Shown: positions 24,745-26,538 of the stretch, piece after piece
Layout: the number at the start of each line of letters is the position of its first letter
How positions within the stretch are numbered: position 1 is the first letter of the stretch
From: Planctomycetota bacterium
Lineage (GTDB): Bacteria > Planctomycetota > UBA1135
Assembly (NCBI GenBank): GCA_045047305.1
Contig: JASFYO010000025.1
Span: 1-26,538, forward strand
Reading direction: 5' to 3'
Length of the DNA: 26,538 nucleotides
Position numbers and translations under genes: made by a program
Notes under the pieces: generated by a model
Told to the model about the DNA's origin: nothing
What the model saw: the letters and a program-made list of their open reading frames with translations, nothing else
The model's database searches: none

Positions 24745-26448
24745 TTACGGGACGAATCGAATCGTCCATGCTACGGAAGAAACGTCGAGGAAGCGGTTCA
24801 CGACGGCGAGGTACAGTCGGCGTCCGAGCAGGCTGCTTGGGAGTGAGGCGGGGGCCACACTAAGTTGTGCGAGGGCCTTTCCCTGGCGACTGAGCGTCCC
24901 CTGGAAACCTAAGCCTTGGCTTGGAGTGATTCCATTCAGGGAGTCTTGGAGGAAGCGGTCCATACTTAAGGGGACCAGGAGCCCTTGGACGGAGGTCGGT
25001 CCGGTTCCGAGGAGAGATACCAGGACGGCATAGTCCAAGAAACCATCTACATCTGGGAAATCAATCTGCAGGTCAATGGTGCCGCCGGCTGCGAGCGACA
25101 GGGTCGTCGCCGAGGCTGTGAGGATGGGATTGAAGGAGTAGACGAAGGCGGAACCGGCTTGAACTAGTCCGTTGGGCGAAGTTCGGTCGCTGCCGACTAT
25201 GAAATCTATCCGACCATCGGCATCGACGTCGCCGGCGGCTGCAATGGATCGGCCGAAGAAATCGCTGCTGGCGGTCCCGTCCAAATGCATGATTTCGGCC
25301 CCGGTGGCCCCAGAATGGATGCGGACGGTGCCCGCGTTGAGGAGAAAGTTGGGATCGGCGTTCCAATCCCCGTACATGAAATCGTCGAAGCCGTCGTGGT
25401 CGATGTCGCCGACACCGGCGACGGAGAAGCCGAGGAGGTCATCGGCAGCAGCTCCATCGAAACGGTAGAGAATGGCCCCGGTGGCACCGGAATAGACGAA
25501 GACGGAACCGGCATTGTTGATGCCGTTGGGGTCGGCGAGGAAGGCTCCGACGATGAGGTCGTCGAAGCCGTCACCATTGACGTCTCCGGCACCGGCGACG
25601 GCATTTCCCAACTCGTCTCCGGCAAACTGCCCGTCAAGCCGTAGGAGCTGGAGCCCAGTGGCGCCGGAATAGACGAAAGCGGATCCAGCGTCGACCAGGC
25701 CGTTAGGGTCGGCGAGTACGGATCCAATAAGGAAGTCGGGGATGCCGTCGCCATCGACATCGCCGGCGCTGGCGACGGCGTAGGAAAAGTCGTCGAAGTC
25801 GGCCTCTCCATCGAAGCGGTACAGCAGGGTACTGGTGGCACCGGAATAGACAAAGGCCGAGCCGACCTGGATGAAACCATTGACGTCGGCGCCGAGCACG
25901 CCGATTAGGAGGTCTGGGACCCCGTCTAAATCCACGTCGCCGGCATTGGCGACGGAATAGCCGAGGGCGTCGGAAATGGCAAGGCCGTGGTAGCTACGAA
26001 TCTGAGTGCCGAGCCTGCCGGAATAGACGAAAACAGAGCCGGCGTCGGTGAGGCCATTGGGGTCAGCAACGGGTGCTCCGACGATGAAGTCGGCGAATCC
26101 GTCGCCGTCGACGTCACCGGCAGCGGCGACCGCATTACCGAATTGGTCGTTGTCATTCACGCCATTTAAGCGGTATAGCAGGCTGCCATCGAGGCCTGAG
26201 TAGACGAAGGCTGATCCGGTGGCGGCGAAGCCCCCGCTAGGGACAGCTGCCCAAGCACCGACAAGGACGTCGTCGAAGCCGTCGCCGTTGACATCGCCGG
26301 CTGCGGAGACGTCGGATCCCAACAAGGTGAAGTAGGTACTGCCATCGACCCGCCAACGCAGGTCTTCGGTACCACCGATGGTTTGGGCGGAAAGGGCGGA
26401 AGTGAGAACGGCGAAGCCGAGGATGAGGAGAGGGGTGCGTATGAGCAT
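24745..26448 (-). CDS. Secreted FG-GAP / integrin-alpha-like seven-bladed beta-propeller with a C-terminal domain
   Basis: Signal peptide MLIRTPLLILGFAVLTSALSA|Q (ATG 26448; track start 26490); seven repeats FG.AVA.AGDVDGDG..D.IVGAP...AGS.FVYSG with DxDxDG calcium loops; ~125-aa tail. Confidence 0.92.
   Translation of the reverse strand: MLIRTPLLILGFAVLTSALSAQTIGGTEDLRWRVDGSTYFTLLGSDVSAAGDVNGDGFDDVLVGAWAAVPSGGFAATGSAFVYSGLDGSLLYRLNGVNDNDQFGNAVAAAGDVDGDGFADFIVGAPVADPNGLTDAGSVFVYSGRLGTQIRSYHGLAISDALGYSVANAGDVDLDGVPDLLIGVLGADVNGFIQVGSAFVYSGATSTLLYRFDGEADFDDFSYAVASAGDVDGDGIPDFLIGSVLADPNGLVDAGSAFVYSGATGLQLLRLDGQFAGDELGNAVAGAGDVNGDGFDDLIVGAFLADPNGINNAGSVFVYSGATGAILYRFDGAAADDLLGFSVAGVGDIDHDGFDDFMYGDWNADPNFLLNAGTVRIHSGATGAEIMHLDGTASSDFFGRSIAAAGDVDADGRIDFIVGSDRTSPNGLVQAGSAFVYSFNPILTASATTLSLAAGGTIDLQIDFPDVDGFLDYAVLVSLLGTGPTSVQGLLVPLSMDRFLQDSLNGITPSQGLGFQGTLSRQGKALAQLSVAPASLPSSLLGRRLYLAVVNRFLDVSSVAWTIRFVP
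25133..26340 (-). repeat. Intragenic tandem repeat, 177-bp (59-aa) period, seven units
   Basis: CCGGAATAGAC-like anchor at 25133, 25310, 25487, 25664, 25841, 26018 and 26195, each 177 bp apart. Confidence 0.85.
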
Positions 26449-26538
26449 GAAGGGAAGGGACCGCGGAGAAGAAGTCAACTCCTGCCTCAAAAGGCCTCGG
26501 TCTGCTGTTTCAAGCCTATCATGGGAATTGAGCTATGG

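Noticed and set aside
25206..25880. 224-aa Ser/Pro/Thr-rich alternative-frame ORF and other nested ORFs in the track
   Set aside because: Frame-shifted or antisense by-products of GC-rich codon usage within well-supported genes.
16380..26340. Periodic repeats as a CRISPR array or integron attC sites
   Set aside because: The repeats are degenerate, in-frame and coding (propeller blades); no cas or intI genes and no attC-type RYYYAAC...GTTRRRY structure seen.
24723..26520. Loose inverted similarity (AGGCT...GCAGA..CC) flanking the FG-GAP gene as possible terminal inverted repeats
   Set aside because: Short and gapped, with no transposase or visible target duplication.

Overview
A GC-rich bacterial chromosomal segment (by eye about 55-60% GC) made mostly of housekeeping genes. 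The secreted beta-propeller proteins with small C-terminal appendages, the membrane-anchored sulfatase-like enzyme and the IleRS2 suggest an uncultured Planctomycetota-like organism; this is inference only. Order: 5' part of a secreted protein (minus strand, missed by the ORF track); tetR-OMF-MFP-RND-rhodanese efflux operon (-); conserved-looking hypothetical gene coupled to mutM (-); upp (-); Thr-type sulfatase-like membrane protein and DUF3293 (+); deoC, ALDH, truncated ALDH (split ALDH16-like) and GNAT (+); a lower-GC 1.8 kb insert carrying a TolB/PD40-like propeller gene; nnrS and cobB (-); ileS type 2 with a GIHH motif (+); an unannotated 6S RNA-like gene with terminator; LysM L,D-transpeptidase lipoprotein (+); seven-bladed FG-GAP protein (-). 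Main signals: (1) eight genes have a TANNNT -10 box exactly 6-7 nt before the start codon, pointing to pervasive leaderless transcription. (2) The propeller insert lies between 32-bp direct repeats exactly 1800 bp apart, with no recombinase; it displaced and replaced the 3' end of the GNAT gene. (3) A 6S RNA-like rod follows ileS and its outermost arm competes with its own terminator. (4) Two unrelated secreted propellers end in similar beta-rich C-terminal domains, a possible lineage-specific sorting or anchoring system.
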